A DNA stretch of 64,000 bases, taken from a bacterium. Its GTDB lineage: Bacteria > Actinomycetota > Acidimicrobiia > Acidimicrobiales > CATQHL01. The stretch lies in the NCBI GenBank assembly GCA_026708055.1, contig JAPOVS010000021.1, forward strand, positions 10,451 to 74,450, read 5' to 3'. The translations under genes were made by a program, and so were the position numbers. Below, in pieces: positions 45,136 to 55,127 of this stretch; within the stretch, counting starts at the first letter, position 1, and each line of letters opens with the position of its first letter. A model generated the notes under the pieces. The model was not told where the DNA came from. It saw only the letters and a program-made list of their open reading frames with translations, and ran no database searches.

Positions 45136-45771
45136 ATGACCACCCAACGGCGACCCAGCGAGTTGGCCCGCCTCGAGGAGGTTCGCCGGGTCGGCGGCGA
45201 GCGCACCGCCCAGGTGGCTGGCGTTCTGGCGGAGGCCTTCGCCGCCGACCCGCTGCAGGCCTGGCTGCTGGAGGGCGTGGCGGCTGGCGAGCGTGTTGCC
45301 TGGCGCACCGCCTGGTGGAGCTTCATGGTGACCCACGCGCCGCAGGGCACCGAACTGCACGTCACCGGCGACGGGTCCGGCGCGGCCTGCTGGCACCCGC
45401 CGGGCGCCGGGCAGCTGCCGGCGGGGGCGGTGGAGGAGTTCCGGCGCATGGTCGGCGAGATGGCGGGCGAGCGCGCCCCGGTGGTGCTCGCCAGCCTCGC
45501 CCGGATCGCCCGCCGGGCGCCGGCCGAGCCGCACTGGCACCTGGCGGCGGTCGGCGTGGCGCCCGACCGCCAGGGGGAGGGCCTCGGGGCGCGCCTGCTG
45601 GGGGCGATGCTGGCCCGCTGCGACCGGCTGGGGCTGCCGGCCTACCTGGAGTCCTCCAACTCCCGGAACCTCACCTTCTACGAACGCCTGGGGTTCGCCG
45701 TCACGGGCGAGGTCCGCACCGTCGACGAGCGGGTGGCGCTGACGCTCTTGTGGCGCCCGCCCGGCCGATGA
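45136..45771 (+). CDS. GNAT family N-acetyltransferase
   Basis: LAAVGVAPDRQGEGLGARLL..NLTFYERLGF. Confidence 0.8.
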   Translation: MTTQRRPSELARLEEVRRVGGERTAQVAGVLAEAFAADPLQAWLLEGVAAGERVAWRTAWWSFMVTHAPQGTELHVTGDGSGAACWHPPGAGQLPAGAVEEFRRMVGEMAGERAPVVLASLARIARRAPAEPHWHLAAVGVAPDRQGEGLGARLLGAMLARCDRLGLPAYLESSNSRNLTFYERLGFAVTGEVRTVDERVALTLLWRPPGR

Positions 45772-45801
45772 ACGGCCCGACCCGATGAACGGCCCGTCCC
45801 C

Positions 45802-46374
45802 ATGACCCGCATCATCGGCGGTGAGGCCCGGGGGCGCCGGCTGAAGGTCCCCCGCGGCGACCGGGTGCGCCCCACCACCGACATGGTGCGCGAGTCCATC
45901 TTCGGGGCGCTCGGCAGCCTCGGTGACGTGGCGGGCACGGTGGCGCTCGACGCCTTCGCCGGCAGCGGCGCGCTGGGGCTCGAGGCGCTCTCCCGGGGCG
46001 CGGCGCACGTCACCTTCGTGGAGCGGCACCGTGCCACGGCGGCGATCCTGCGCGCCAACGTTGCGGCGCTGGACTTCGGCGACCGCTGCCGCATCGTGAC
46101 CGGCGACGTGGTGGGCTGGCTGCACAAGACCGACGAGTCCTTCGACGTGGCGTTCTGCGACCCGCCCTACGACTTCCCCGATCACGGCTGGCAGCGGCTG
46201 CTGGGGCGGCTGGACGCCGGGATTCTCGTCGCCGAATCCGATCGCCCGGTGCCCGCCCACCCGGACTGGATAGTCATCTCCGAGCGTCGCCGGGGGAGTA
46301 CCGTTGTGCAAATGGCGAGACGTCGAGTCGCCGGGGACGCCGAGACCCCGGCGGGACCTGAGGGACGTGACTGA
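45802..46374 (+). CDS. rsmD: 16S rRNA (guanine966-N2)-methyltransferase RsmD
   Basis: RIIGGEARGRRL..RPTTDMVRESIF..DAFAGSGALGLEALSRGA..CDPPY. Confidence 0.9.
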   Translation: MTRIIGGEARGRRLKVPRGDRVRPTTDMVRESIFGALGSLGDVAGTVALDAFAGSGALGLEALSRGAAHVTFVERHRATAAILRANVAALDFGDRCRIVTGDVVGWLHKTDESFDVAFCDPPYDFPDHGWQRLLGRLDAGILVAESDRPVPAHPDWIVISERRRGSTVVQMARRRVAGDAETPAGPEGRD

Positions 46375-46375
46375 C

Positions 46376-46858
46376 GTGGTCCGCGTGCTGTACCCCGGTT
46401 CGTTCGATCCCGTGCACAACGGTCACGTGGAGGTCGTCGAGATGGCGGCCGAACTCTTCGACGAGGTGATCGTGGCGGCGATGCGCAACCCCACCAAGGG
46501 CGAGACGCTGTTCAGCATGACCGAGCGCGAGGCCATGCTGAACGAGACGTTCGCGCACCTCCCGAACGTGCGCACCACCATGTTCGGCGAGTTGGTGGTG
46601 AGCCTGGCGCGCCGGGAGGGGGCCGACTTCATCATGAAGGGCCTGCGCGCCGTGTCGGACTTCGAGAGCGAACTGCAGATGGCCCAGACCAACCGCAAGG
46701 TGGCCGGCGTGCACACCGTCTTCCTCCCGTCCACCTCGGCCAGCTCCTTCATCGCCTCGAAGTACATCCGGGAGATCGCCCGCTTCGGGGGCGACGTGGA
46801 CTCGATGGTGCCCGCCCCGGTGGCCAAGCGCCTCGCCGAGAACCGGTCGGTCTCGTGA
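46376..46858 (+). CDS. coaD: phosphopantetheine adenylyltransferase
   Basis: YPGSFDPVHNGHVEVV..ISASKYIRE-like SFIASKYIREI. GTG lies 1 nt after the rsmD stop. Confidence 0.9.
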   Translation: MVRVLYPGSFDPVHNGHVEVVEMAAELFDEVIVAAMRNPTKGETLFSMTEREAMLNETFAHLPNVRTTMFGELVVSLARREGADFIMKGLRAVSDFESELQMAQTNRKVAGVHTVFLPSTSASSFIASKYIREIARFGGDVDSMVPAPVAKRLAENRSVS

Positions 46859-47493
46859 GCCGCTACGACGATCCCTTCGCGCCCGGCGGCGACGAGCCGG
46901 ACTTCTCCCCGGGCGGGCCGGCCGGCGAGCCGGGGCCGTTCGAGTCCCTCGCCGGCGGCGGCCCCGAAGTCGTCGAGGACGTGGAGGCGGCACTCGCCGA
47001 CCTGGAGCGGTACGTCAGCGGGGCGCGCGCCTCGAGCCTGTCCTCGCAGGTCCGGCTGGACCGTGACCACCTCCTGGAGCTGATCCGCATCGCCCGGGCC
47101 CGGCTGCCGGTGGCCCTGCGCAGCGCCAGGTGGCTCATCAAGGAGCGCAACGACTACCTGGCCAAGGCGCGCCGGGACGCCGAGGAGCTCATCGACGACG
47201 TGAAGGCCGAGGCGGGGCGCATGGTGCAGCGCACCGAGGTCGTCAAGCAGGCGGAGGTGCGGGCCCGCCGGATCACCGAGGCGGCCGAGGAGCAGGCCCG
47301 CCGCCAGCGGCTGGAACTCGAGGACTACTGCGACGAGCACCTCGCCCGCTTCGAGGAGGCCATGGAGCGCGCCCTGGACAACGTGCGGCAGGGACGCCGG
47401 CGGTTGCAGGGCTCGATCCCGCCCGCCCCCTCGCCGGACCCCACCGAGGCCGAGGAGGCCGACCCGCTCTTCTTCGACCAAGACGAGGAGTGA
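46855..47493 (+). CDS. conserved coiled-coil hypothetical protein (coaD-yceD interval)
   Basis: Charged heptad-like central region with 4-nt overlaps at both ends. Family not named. Confidence 0.6.
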   Translation: MSRYDDPFAPGGDEPDFSPGGPAGEPGPFESLAGGGPEVVEDVEAALADLERYVSGARASSLSSQVRLDRDHLLELIRIARARLPVALRSARWLIKERNDYLAKARRDAEELIDDVKAEAGRMVQRTEVVKQAEVRARRITEAAEEQARRQRLELEDYCDEHLARFEEAMERALDNVRQGRRRLQGSIPPAPSPDPTEAEEADPLFFDQDEE

Positions 47494-48008
47494 GCGAGCC
47501 GCGCCCGGGCGCGCGCCCGGTCCTGGTCACCGTCGCCGACCTGCTGGCGACCCCCGGCCGGCGGCGGGAGTTGACAGGCAGGCGGGTTCTGGAGGACCTG
47601 GCGGTCGGCGGCGGGGCGATCGCCGGGGACGCCGTCGAGTTGCAGCTCGTGCTGGAGGCACAGGCGGGGCGCATCATCTGCTCGGGCGAGGTGCACGCCC
47701 GCTGGGAACTCGAGTGCCGGCGCTGCCTGGGACCGGTGCTCGTCCCCGTGACGCCCGACGTGACCGAGGTGTTCGAGCAGGTGCCGGCCGAGGGCGAGAC
47801 GTTCCCGCTGGAGGGCGAGGTCGTGGACCTGGCGCCGATGCTGCGCGAGGCGGTGCTGCTGACGCTGCCGCTCGCCCCGCTCTGCGACGAGTCCTGCGGT
47901 GGGCCCGCCGAAGGCTCGTACTACGGGCCGCCGCCCACCGAGGACGAGGCGGCCGGCGAGGCGCCACGCGATCCGCGCTGGGCGGCCCTCGACGACTTCC
48001 AGCCCTGA
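47490..48008 (+). CDS. YceD/DUF177 family protein
   Basis: ECRRCLGPV..LPLAPLCDESC, immediately upstream of rpmF as usual. Confidence 0.8.
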   Translation: MSEPRPGARPVLVTVADLLATPGRRRELTGRRVLEDLAVGGGAIAGDAVELQLVLEAQAGRIICSGEVHARWELECRRCLGPVLVPVTPDVTEVFEQVPAEGETFPLEGEVVDLAPMLREAVLLTLPLAPLCDESCGGPAEGSYYGPPPTEDEAAGEAPRDPRWAALDDFQP

Positions 48009-48053
48009 CTCCGGGCCTGAGGAACCGGCAGGGGAGGCCGCTACCGTCACGGT

Positions 48054-48233
48054 GTGGCCGTTCCCAAGAAGAAGACCTCCAAGTCGCGCTCCCGCAGCCG
48101 CCGCGCCGCCGCTTGGCGCCTGCGGGCGCCGTCCCGCTCGTCCTGCTCCCGCTGCGGAGCCGCCAAGCTGCCGCACCGGGTCTGCGGGCAGTGCGGCTGG
48201 TACCGCGACCGGCAGGCGGTCGAACTCGGCTGA
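48054..48233 (+). CDS. rpmF: 50S ribosomal protein L32
   Basis: 59 codons, below the track cut-off. Hand-translated as VAVPKKKTSKSRSRSRRAAAW..CSRCGAAKLPHRVCGQCGWY. Confidence 0.85.
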   Translation: MAVPKKKTSKSRSRSRRAAAWRLRAPSRSSCSRCGAAKLPHRVCGQCGWYRDRQAVELG

Positions 48234-48302
48234 GGTGGTTCGCCGGCCTGTGAGCCGACCTGCCACCGACACGCAGCGCAATCCCCGATTCCTGCGGTCA
48301 TC

Positions 48303-49292
48303 GTGAGCCCGCTGCCGGTCGCCGTCGACGCCATGGGGGGCGACAACGCGCCCGAGGCGATCGTGGCGGGTGCCCGCATGGCGGCGGGCGAGGGGCTCGG
48401 CGTGGTGCTGGTGGGCCCGCCCGAGCAGCTCGACGGCAGCGGCCTGGAGGTGATCCCGGCGCGTGAGGTCGTCGACATGGACGCCGACCCGGGTGTCAGC
48501 GTCCGGCGTCTCAAGGACGCCTCGGTGGTGCGGGCGGCCGAGGCCGTGCGCGACGGCAAGGCCTGCGCCATGCTCTCCGCCGGCAACACCGGCGCCGCCA
48601 TGGCGAGCGCGCTGCTGCGCTTCGGGCGGATCAAGGGGGTCGTGCGCCCCGCGGTGGCCTGCCTCTTCCCGGTGCCCGGGCGGGCGACGCCCACCGTGGT
48701 GCTGGACTGCGGGGCCAACTCCGACTGCGTCGCCGGCTGGCTGGTGCAGTTCGCCCGCATGGGCGCGGTGTACAGCCGCGCCGCTTTCGGCACCGCCGAG
48801 CCGCGGGTGGGGCTGCTGTCCATCGGCGAGGAGGCCGGCAAGGGTTCGGCCCTGGTCAAGGAGGTCTTCGGGCTGCTGGAGGATCCGGGCTGGCAGGACC
48901 GCGCCGGGGCCCGCTTCGTGGGCAACGTGGAGGGGCGCGACCTGTTGCTGGACTGCGCGGACGTCATCGTGACCGACGGATTCACCGGCAACGTGATGCT
49001 GAAGACCGCCGAGGGAGTGGCCGCCGTCATCGCCGCCCAGATCATCGGCCTGGCCGACAGCTCCCCCGAGGCCCGGGCCGGCGCCGACCTGTTCTTCCCC
49101 GCGCTCATGGGCCTCTACGAGACCTTCGACCCGGAGAACACCGGCGGTGCGGTCCTGCTGGGTGTGCGGGGCGTGTGCACCATCTCGCACGGATCCTCGA
49201 GTCCCAAGGCGATCGCCAGCGCCATCGGCGTGTCCCATCGACTGGCGGCGGCGGGGGTCCCCTCACAGATCGCCGACGCGGTGACCGGGTAG
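48303..49292 (+). CDS. plsX: phosphate acyltransferase PlsX
   Basis: VAVDAMGGDNAP..GNTGA..TDGFTGNVMLK..HGSSS. Confidence 0.95.
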   Translation: MSPLPVAVDAMGGDNAPEAIVAGARMAAGEGLGVVLVGPPEQLDGSGLEVIPAREVVDMDADPGVSVRRLKDASVVRAAEAVRDGKACAMLSAGNTGAAMASALLRFGRIKGVVRPAVACLFPVPGRATPTVVLDCGANSDCVAGWLVQFARMGAVYSRAAFGTAEPRVGLLSIGEEAGKGSALVKEVFGLLEDPGWQDRAGARFVGNVEGRDLLLDCADVIVTDGFTGNVMLKTAEGVAAVIAAQIIGLADSSPEARAGADLFFPALMGLYETFDPENTGGAVLLGVRGVCTISHGSSSPKAIASAIGVSHRLAAAGVPSQIADAVTG

Positions 49293-49385
49293 GATTCGAT
49301 CTCGCCACGGCGCGCCGCCCGGCGCGCCGGCCCTCGAGAGGAGGCAGCAGCCGTGCCGGCGGAGACCCACGTTTCGCAGAGTCCG

Positions 49386-49643
49386 ATGCCGCGGTCGGAG
49401 ATCCTGGAGCAGATCAGGGGCCGGCTGGCCGACATTCTCGAGATCGACCCCGCCGACGTCGCCGAGGGCGATTCCTTCCTCGACGACCTCGACGCCGACT
49501 CGCTGGCGCTGATCGAGCTGGTCGAGGCGCTGGAGGAGGAGTTCGGCGAACGCACCGTGGGCTTCCGGATCGACGACGAGGACCTGCAGGACCTGCGGAC
49601 GGTCCGCGACGCGGTCGACTACGTCGAGGCGCGACTGGGTTGA
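49386..49643 (+). CDS. acpP: acyl carrier protein
   Basis: LDDLDADSLALIELVEALEEEF (phosphopantetheine Ser). Start is ATG 49386 or GTG 49353. Confidence 0.85.
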   Translation: MPRSEILEQIRGRLADILEIDPADVAEGDSFLDDLDADSLALIELVEALEEEFGERTVGFRIDDEDLQDLRTVRDAVDYVEARLG

Positions 49644-50444
49644 GTGGCTGCTGTCGAGGGCGACAACCTGCCGGAGCGCATCGGCTACCGGTTCGCTGAC
49701 GAGACGCTGAAGGAGTTGGCGCTGCGCCACCGGTCCTGGGTGGCCGAGCAGCGTCCGGTCGCCGGCGCCAGGCCCGCCTCCAACGAGCGCCTCGAATTGC
49801 TGGGCGACGCCGTGCTGGACGTGGTCGTCTCCGAGCACCTCTACACCCGCTACCCCGACCTGGACGTGGGCCAACTCGCCAAGGTGCGGGCCTCGGTGGT
49901 GTCGGCCGACTGCCTGGCGGAGCTGGCCGGCGAGCTGCGACTCGGGGAGGAACTGCTGTTGGGGCGGGGCGAGGAGGCGGCCGGCGGTCGGGCCAAGCGT
50001 TCCATCCTGGCCGACGCCGCCGAGGCCCTCATCGGCGCCGTGTATCTCGACGGGGGCTGGGAGCCGGCGCGGCGGCTGGTGCTGTCGCTGATCACCGAGC
50101 GCATCGCCACTGTGGCGACCGATCCCGGGCGGGACGACCACAAGACCGTGTTGCAGGAGCGGGCGGCGCACGCCGGGGACGCCGTGCCCGGCTACCGCCT
50201 GAGCCACAGCGGTCCCGACCACGAGCTCACCTGGCGGGCCGTCGTGATGGTCGGCGACATCGAGTGCGGCGCCGGCGAGGGGCGCACCAAGAAGCAGGCC
50301 GAGCAGGCGGCCGCGCACGCCGCGCTGGCCCGCTACGAGCCGGCGTCGCCGGCCCGTGCGCCATCCCCGGACGCCCCCGGCGCGGGTGCGAAGATGGTCT
50401 CCGGCCCCCCTGGGTCCGGAGACGACGCGGCAAGGACACCATGA
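49644..50444 (+). CDS. rnc: ribonuclease III
   Basis: NERLELLGDAVLD, AEALIGAVYLD, C-terminal dsRBD KTVLQE..GEGRTKKQAEQAAA. Confidence 0.95.
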   Translation: MAAVEGDNLPERIGYRFADETLKELALRHRSWVAEQRPVAGARPASNERLELLGDAVLDVVVSEHLYTRYPDLDVGQLAKVRASVVSADCLAELAGELRLGEELLLGRGEEAAGGRAKRSILADAAEALIGAVYLDGGWEPARRLVLSLITERIATVATDPGRDDHKTVLQERAAHAGDAVPGYRLSHSGPDHELTWRAVVMVGDIECGAGEGRTKKQAEQAAAHAALARYEPASPARAPSPDAPGAGAKMVSGPPGSGDDAARTP

Positions 50445-51268
50445 TCGAGTCACCCGAAATAGAGGTCGTGCGCCGTGAGCTGGAGCGCGAGGTCCTGGAC
50501 AGGCGGGTGAAGGCGGTCGAGGTGCTGTCCGAGAGCGTCACCCCCCACAGCGCCGAGGAACTGAACGAGCGACTGGAGCGGGCCAAGATCACCGGGGAGG
50601 TCTCCCGGCAGGGCCTGCAGCTGCTGCTCTCCTTCGACAACGAGGAGATCATGGGGGTCACCCTCGGCGCCGGCGGCCACCTGCGCCGCCAACCCAACAG
50701 GGATCGGGTCGATCCCGCCACGCGCCTCGTCATCACGTTCACGCAGTACGGGGGGCTGCGCCTGCTGGACTTCAAGGAAGGGGCCCGGCTGCGCCTGTTG
50801 AGTCCCGAGCAGGCGCAGGAGCAGCAGCACGGGGGCATCGACCCGCTCGTCACGTCGCTCTCCTGGACCGACTTCTCGAGCCTGCTGGCGACCCCGTCGC
50901 GCCCGATCTACCTGAAGGCCTTCCTCACCAACTCCGGCGCGATCGTCGGCGTCGGCGACATGTACGCCGATGAGATCCTCTTCAACGCCGGGCTGCGCCA
51001 CGACCGGATGACCGACTCGCTGGGGCGCCAGGAGATCCGCCGGCTGTGGCGGGCCATCGTGGAGGTGCTGCACGACGCCGTGAAGTACCGGGGCTCCACG
51101 CTGGAGGACAATCACTTCGTGTCGCTGTCGGGCGAGCCCGGCGCGTACCAGAACCATCACAACGTCTTCCGCAGGCACGGCCGGCTGAGCCCGCGCTCGC
51201 GCCGGCCGATCGTGCGGGTCAAGTACCGGGGGCGCTGGACCTACTACTGCGAGCAGTCACAGGTGTAG
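50441..51268 (+). CDS. Fpg/Nei-family protein lacking the catalytic N-terminal Pro and 3 of 4 zinc-finger Cys
   Basis: MIESPEIEVVRREL versus canonical MPELPEVE. H2TH VGVGDMYADEILFNAGL is intact. C-terminal SPRSRRPI..YYCEQSQV replaces CxxC..CxxC. ATGA overlap with rnc. Confidence 0.8.
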   Translation: MIESPEIEVVRRELEREVLDRRVKAVEVLSESVTPHSAEELNERLERAKITGEVSRQGLQLLLSFDNEEIMGVTLGAGGHLRRQPNRDRVDPATRLVITFTQYGGLRLLDFKEGARLRLLSPEQAQEQQHGGIDPLVTSLSWTDFSSLLATPSRPIYLKAFLTNSGAIVGVGDMYADEILFNAGLRHDRMTDSLGRQEIRRLWRAIVEVLHDAVKYRGSTLEDNHFVSLSGEPGAYQNHHNVFRRHGRLSPRSRRPIVRVKYRGRWTYYCEQSQV

Positions 51269-51270
51269 CC

Positions 51271-54249
51271 GTGTTCCTGCAGGCCCTGACCCTGAAGGGT
51301 TTCAAGTCGTTCGCCGAGACCACGACGATCGGCTTCGCCCCCGGTCTGTCGGTGATCGTCGGACCCAACGGCAGCGGCAAGTCCAACATCGTGGACGCCA
51401 TCAGCTGGGTGCTGGGTTCGCAGTCCCCGACGGCTCTGCGCTCCCAGCAGATGGACGACGTGATCTTCGCGGGCAACCCGGGCCGGGCGGCGCTGGGGCG
51501 GGCGGAGGTCACCCTCGGCTTCGACAACGCCGACCGCCGCCTGCCGCTGGATCTCGACGAGGTCGCCATCAGCCGCACCCTGTTCCGCAGCGGCGACAGC
51601 GCCTACGCCATCAACGCCACGCAGACCCGCCTCATCGACATCGCCGAGATGCTCTCCGCCGCCGGGGTGGGGCGGCACCGTCACGTGATCGTGTCCCAGG
51701 GCCACATTGACGCCGTGCTGAGGGCCAAGCCGGCCGAGCGGCGGGCCATCCTGGAGGAGGCCGCCGGCGTGTCCGCCTACCGGGTGCGCAAGGAGAAGGC
51801 GGTGCGGCGGCTGACCGACACCGAGGCGAACCTGGCTCGCCTCGGGGACCAGTTGAACGAGGTCAGGCGGGCGCTGCGGCCCCTGGAGCAGCAGGCCTCG
51901 GTGGCGCGCCGTCACGGCGCGCTGGCTGCGGAGTTGGCCGCCCTGCAGATCCACCGGCTCGGAGCCGAGCTCGGCGAGCTGCGGGAGCGCCGGCGCGAGG
52001 CGGCGACCCGGCGGCGGGACCTGGCGGACCGCCGCGCCGCGGACGGCCGTGAGCTCGCCGCCCTCGACGGGCGCATCGCCACCGCCGAGGCGCGCCTGTC
52101 GGCTCCGGACCACGTGGCGCTGGCCACCGCCGGCGAGCGCCTCGCCTCCCTGGAGGACCGCGTGCAGCAGGCCCGGCGGGCCATCGACCGCCGCCGGCAG
52201 GACTACGAGCGCCGCCGCCGGGGATGGTTGGCCGACGACCTGCTGGCCTCCCTCGGCGACGAGTCCACCCGCATCGAGGCCGCCCTGACCGAACTGGACG
52301 GCGCCGAGGCCGGGCTGTCCGCCGAGGGGGCCCGCCTCGACGACGACGCCGCCGTGCTGGCCGCCGCCGAGCGGCAGCGGGCGCAGGCGGTGGTCGCCGA
52401 GACGGCCGCCCGGCGGGCACAGGCCGACGCCGCCGGCGAGTGCAACCGGTGGAAGGCGCGGGTCGACGCCCTGGCCCTGACCTTGGGCGACGAGCGGGCG
52501 CGCTCGGGCATGGAGGTGCTCGAACAGACCGCCGGCGTCCTGGGGGCGCTCGGCGACCTGGTGACCGTGGAGGAGGGTTGGGAGGCGGCGTTCGAGGCCG
52601 CCGCCGGGGAAGCCCTGGCGGCCGCCGTCCTGGACGGCCGCGCCGCGGCCCGGCCGGCGCTGGAGGCGCTGGTGCGGGCGGGGACCGCCGGCGCGGTGCT
52701 GCCGGCGCAGGCGCCGGGTGCCGGGCCGCCGCCGGTGGGGCAGCCGCTGCGCCCGCACGTGCGCGGCCGGCGCGGGGGAGTGGACGAGGTGCTCGACGGG
52801 CTCATCGGCCCCGTCGTCGTCGTGCCGACCTGGCAGGAGGCCTGCGACGCCGTCGCCGACCATCCCGACGCCACGATCGTCACGCCGGCGGGCGATTGCT
52901 TCTCCCGGACCGGCTGGCGGGTGGGGGTGCACCGCTCGGGGGCGGTGGGCGAGGCGCTGGAGGAGTCCCGCCGGCGGCTCCGCCAGGCCGAGGACTCGCT
53001 GGCCGGCGCCGACCGGGCGCTCCGCGAGGCGGCCGCCGCCGTCGCCACCGCCGGCGGGGAGGGAGCCGACTTGCAGCGGCGCCGCACCGATCTGGAGGCC
53101 GAGCGCCGGTCGCTGGAGATGCGGGTCTCGGGGGTCAGGGCGCGCCGTGCGGTGCTGTCCGATCGCCGGGACGAGCTCCGGGCGCGCCTGGCGGGTCACG
53201 AGGCGGCGGTCGCCTCCGCCGGTGCCGACGCCCGGCGCAGCGCGGCCCTGGCGGAGCTGGCGGCTCGGCTGGCCGGCAGCGCCGAGGAGTGCCGCAGCGG
53301 TCTGGAGCGGCTGCGCGCCCGCCAGCGCCGGCTGGCGGAGGCGGGCCGGCTCACCGCGGCGCGGCTCGACGGGGACCGCAGGGCGCGCGCCGCGCTGGCC
53401 GCGTCGATCGCCGAGGTGGGTGAGGAACTGCTCGGCGCCCAGCGCGCCGAGGACGAACTCCGGCTGCGCATCGAATCGGTCACCGAGACCCTGCGCAGCC
53501 GGCACGACTGCGACGAGGTCCGGGCCACCCGAACCGCCCCGCCCGACCTCCCCGAGGGCGTCACCGCCCCGCAGCGCATCCGCGAGCTGGAGCGGCTGTT
53601 GCGCGGCATCGGCCCGGTGAACCCGCTGGCCGTGCGCGAGCACGACGTCCTGCGGGAGCGGCACGACCAGCTGGCCGCCCAGATCTCCGACGTCCGCAGC
53701 GCCCGCCGGGACCTCACGAAGCTCGTCCGGAGCGTCGACAGCGAGATCCTGGAGGCGTTCTCCCGCTGCTACCGCGAGGTCGCGGAGAGTTTCGAGACGG
53801 TCTTCGGCGTGCTCTTCGACGGGGGCGCGGGCCGGCTGTCCCTCACCGAGCCGCAGGATCCGCTCAACTCGGGCGTGGAGATCGAGGCGCAGCCCGCCGG
53901 GAAGAACCTGCGCAGGCTGGCACTGCTGTCCGGCGGTGAGCGCTCCCTGGCGGCGCTGGCGTTCCTGTTCGCGGTGTTCCGGTCGCAGGACTGCCCGTTC
54001 TACGTGCTGGACGAGGTGGACGCCGCCCTCGACGACGTCAACCTGCACCGCTTCCTGCGGCTGCTCGAGGACTTCCGCGCCACTGCGCAGCTCATTCTGG
54101 TCACGCACCAGAAGCCCACCATGGAGATCGCCGACAGCCTGTACGGCGTGACGATGCGCCCGGGCGGCACCAGCAGGGTGATCGCCGAGCGCCGGCACAC
54201 CCTGCTTCCCCTGCAGGCGACCGGCGCGGGGGTTTCGCCCGGCGCCTGA
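51271..54249 (+). CDS. smc: chromosome segregation protein SMC
   Basis: GPNGSGKSNIVDA N-terminus, long coiled coils, hinge, C-terminal LSGGERSLAALAFLFA..YVLDEVDAALD. GTG 51271. Confidence 0.9.
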   Translation: MFLQALTLKGFKSFAETTTIGFAPGLSVIVGPNGSGKSNIVDAISWVLGSQSPTALRSQQMDDVIFAGNPGRAALGRAEVTLGFDNADRRLPLDLDEVAISRTLFRSGDSAYAINATQTRLIDIAEMLSAAGVGRHRHVIVSQGHIDAVLRAKPAERRAILEEAAGVSAYRVRKEKAVRRLTDTEANLARLGDQLNEVRRALRPLEQQASVARRHGALAAELAALQIHRLGAELGELRERRREAATRRRDLADRRAADGRELAALDGRIATAEARLSAPDHVALATAGERLASLEDRVQQARRAIDRRRQDYERRRRGWLADDLLASLGDESTRIEAALTELDGAEAGLSAEGARLDDDAAVLAAAERQRAQAVVAETAARRAQADAAGECNRWKARVDALALTLGDERARSGMEVLEQTAGVLGALGDLVTVEEGWEAAFEAAAGEALAAAVLDGRAAARPALEALVRAGTAGAVLPAQAPGAGPPPVGQPLRPHVRGRRGGVDEVLDGLIGPVVVVPTWQEACDAVADHPDATIVTPAGDCFSRTGWRVGVHRSGAVGEALEESRRRLRQAEDSLAGADRALREAAAAVATAGGEGADLQRRRTDLEAERRSLEMRVSGVRARRAVLSDRRDELRARLAGHEAAVASAGADARRSAALAELAARLAGSAEECRSGLERLRARQRRLAEAGRLTAARLDGDRRARAALAASIAEVGEELLGAQRAEDELRLRIESVTETLRSRHDCDEVRATRTAPPDLPEGVTAPQRIRELERLLRGIGPVNPLAVREHDVLRERHDQLAAQISDVRSARRDLTKLVRSVDSEILEAFSRCYREVAESFETVFGVLFDGGAGRLSLTEPQDPLNSGVEIEAQPAGKNLRRLALLSGGERSLAALAFLFAVFRSQDCPFYVLDEVDAALDDVNLHRFLRLLEDFRATAQLILVTHQKPTMEIADSLYGVTMRPGGTSRVIAERRHTLLPLQATGAGVSPGA

Positions 54250-54307
54250 GCGGTCGCGGCAGCGGTCGGAAGTGACGCATCGCGGCCGGATTGGTACCGT
54301 CACAGGC

Positions 54308-55090
54308 GTGCGCGTGCTCGTCGCCGACGACGAAGAGGACCTGGTAGGAGCGATCGCCCGCGGCCTGCGCCGGGACGGCTACGCCGTGGACGAGGCCTAC
54401 GACGGGGCCGAGGCGCTGGCCAAGGCCTCGGTGGTGGATTACGACGTCATCTGCCTGGACCTGACGATGCCCGCGGTCGACGGCAGGGAGGTGTGCCGCC
54501 GCCTGCGCGACCCGTCCTGGAGCAGTCACCGCCCGCGCATCCTGATGCTCACGGCCCGCGACAGCCTCGAGGACCGCATCGGGGGGCTCGACGACGGCGC
54601 CGACGACTACCTCGTCAAGCCGTTCGCGTTCGAAGAGTTGACGGCGCGGATCCGGGCGCTGCTGCGCCGGGACGCCGGACGCCGCGGGTCCCGCCTCGTC
54701 GTCGGCGACATCGAGATGGACCTCAGCCGGCACGCCGTGCGGCGCCAGGGCCACGAGATCACCCTGACGCCGAAGGAGTTCACGCTGCTGCGGTACTTCT
54801 GCAGCCGCCCCGGCGAGGTCGTCTCGCAGGAGGAGTTGCTGGACCACGTCTGGGACGAGCACACCGACCCGTTCACCAACACCGTGCGGGTGACCGTCGG
54901 GACCTTGCGGCGCAAGCTCGGCCTGCCCGGCAGCCCGGCGCCGATTGAGACGGTCGTGGGGACGGGTTACCGGCTGGACGCCCCGCCGGGCGGCGACGGC
55001 CCCGATGGGCCGACCGGACCCGAGGATCCGGCGTACGTGCTCGGCGACGTCGCCTCGCCCGCCTCGCCCACGTCGGCCCCCTATCCCTGA
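54308..55090 (+). CDS. OmpR-family response regulator (MprA-like)
   Basis: VLVADDE..DVICLDLTMP receiver domain plus winged helix EFTLLRYF..TVVGTGYRL. Pro/Gly-rich C-terminal tail. Confidence 0.9.
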   Translation: MRVLVADDEEDLVGAIARGLRRDGYAVDEAYDGAEALAKASVVDYDVICLDLTMPAVDGREVCRRLRDPSWSSHRPRILMLTARDSLEDRIGGLDDGADDYLVKPFAFEELTARIRALLRRDAGRRGSRLVVGDIEMDLSRHAVRRQGHEITLTPKEFTLLRYFCSRPGEVVSQEELLDHVWDEHTDPFTNTVRVTVGTLRRKLGLPGSPAPIETVVGTGYRLDAPPGGDGPDGPTGPEDPAYVLGDVASPASPTSAPYP

Positions 55091-55127
55091 TAGTGGGCGC
55101 AGGGTGGAACCCGCGGGCGCTGAGTCC

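Noticed and set aside
51244-54303. 1019-aa minus-strand ORF
   Set aside because: It is antisense to smc, has the same Arg/Gly/Pro-rich shadow composition, and has no recognisable domain.
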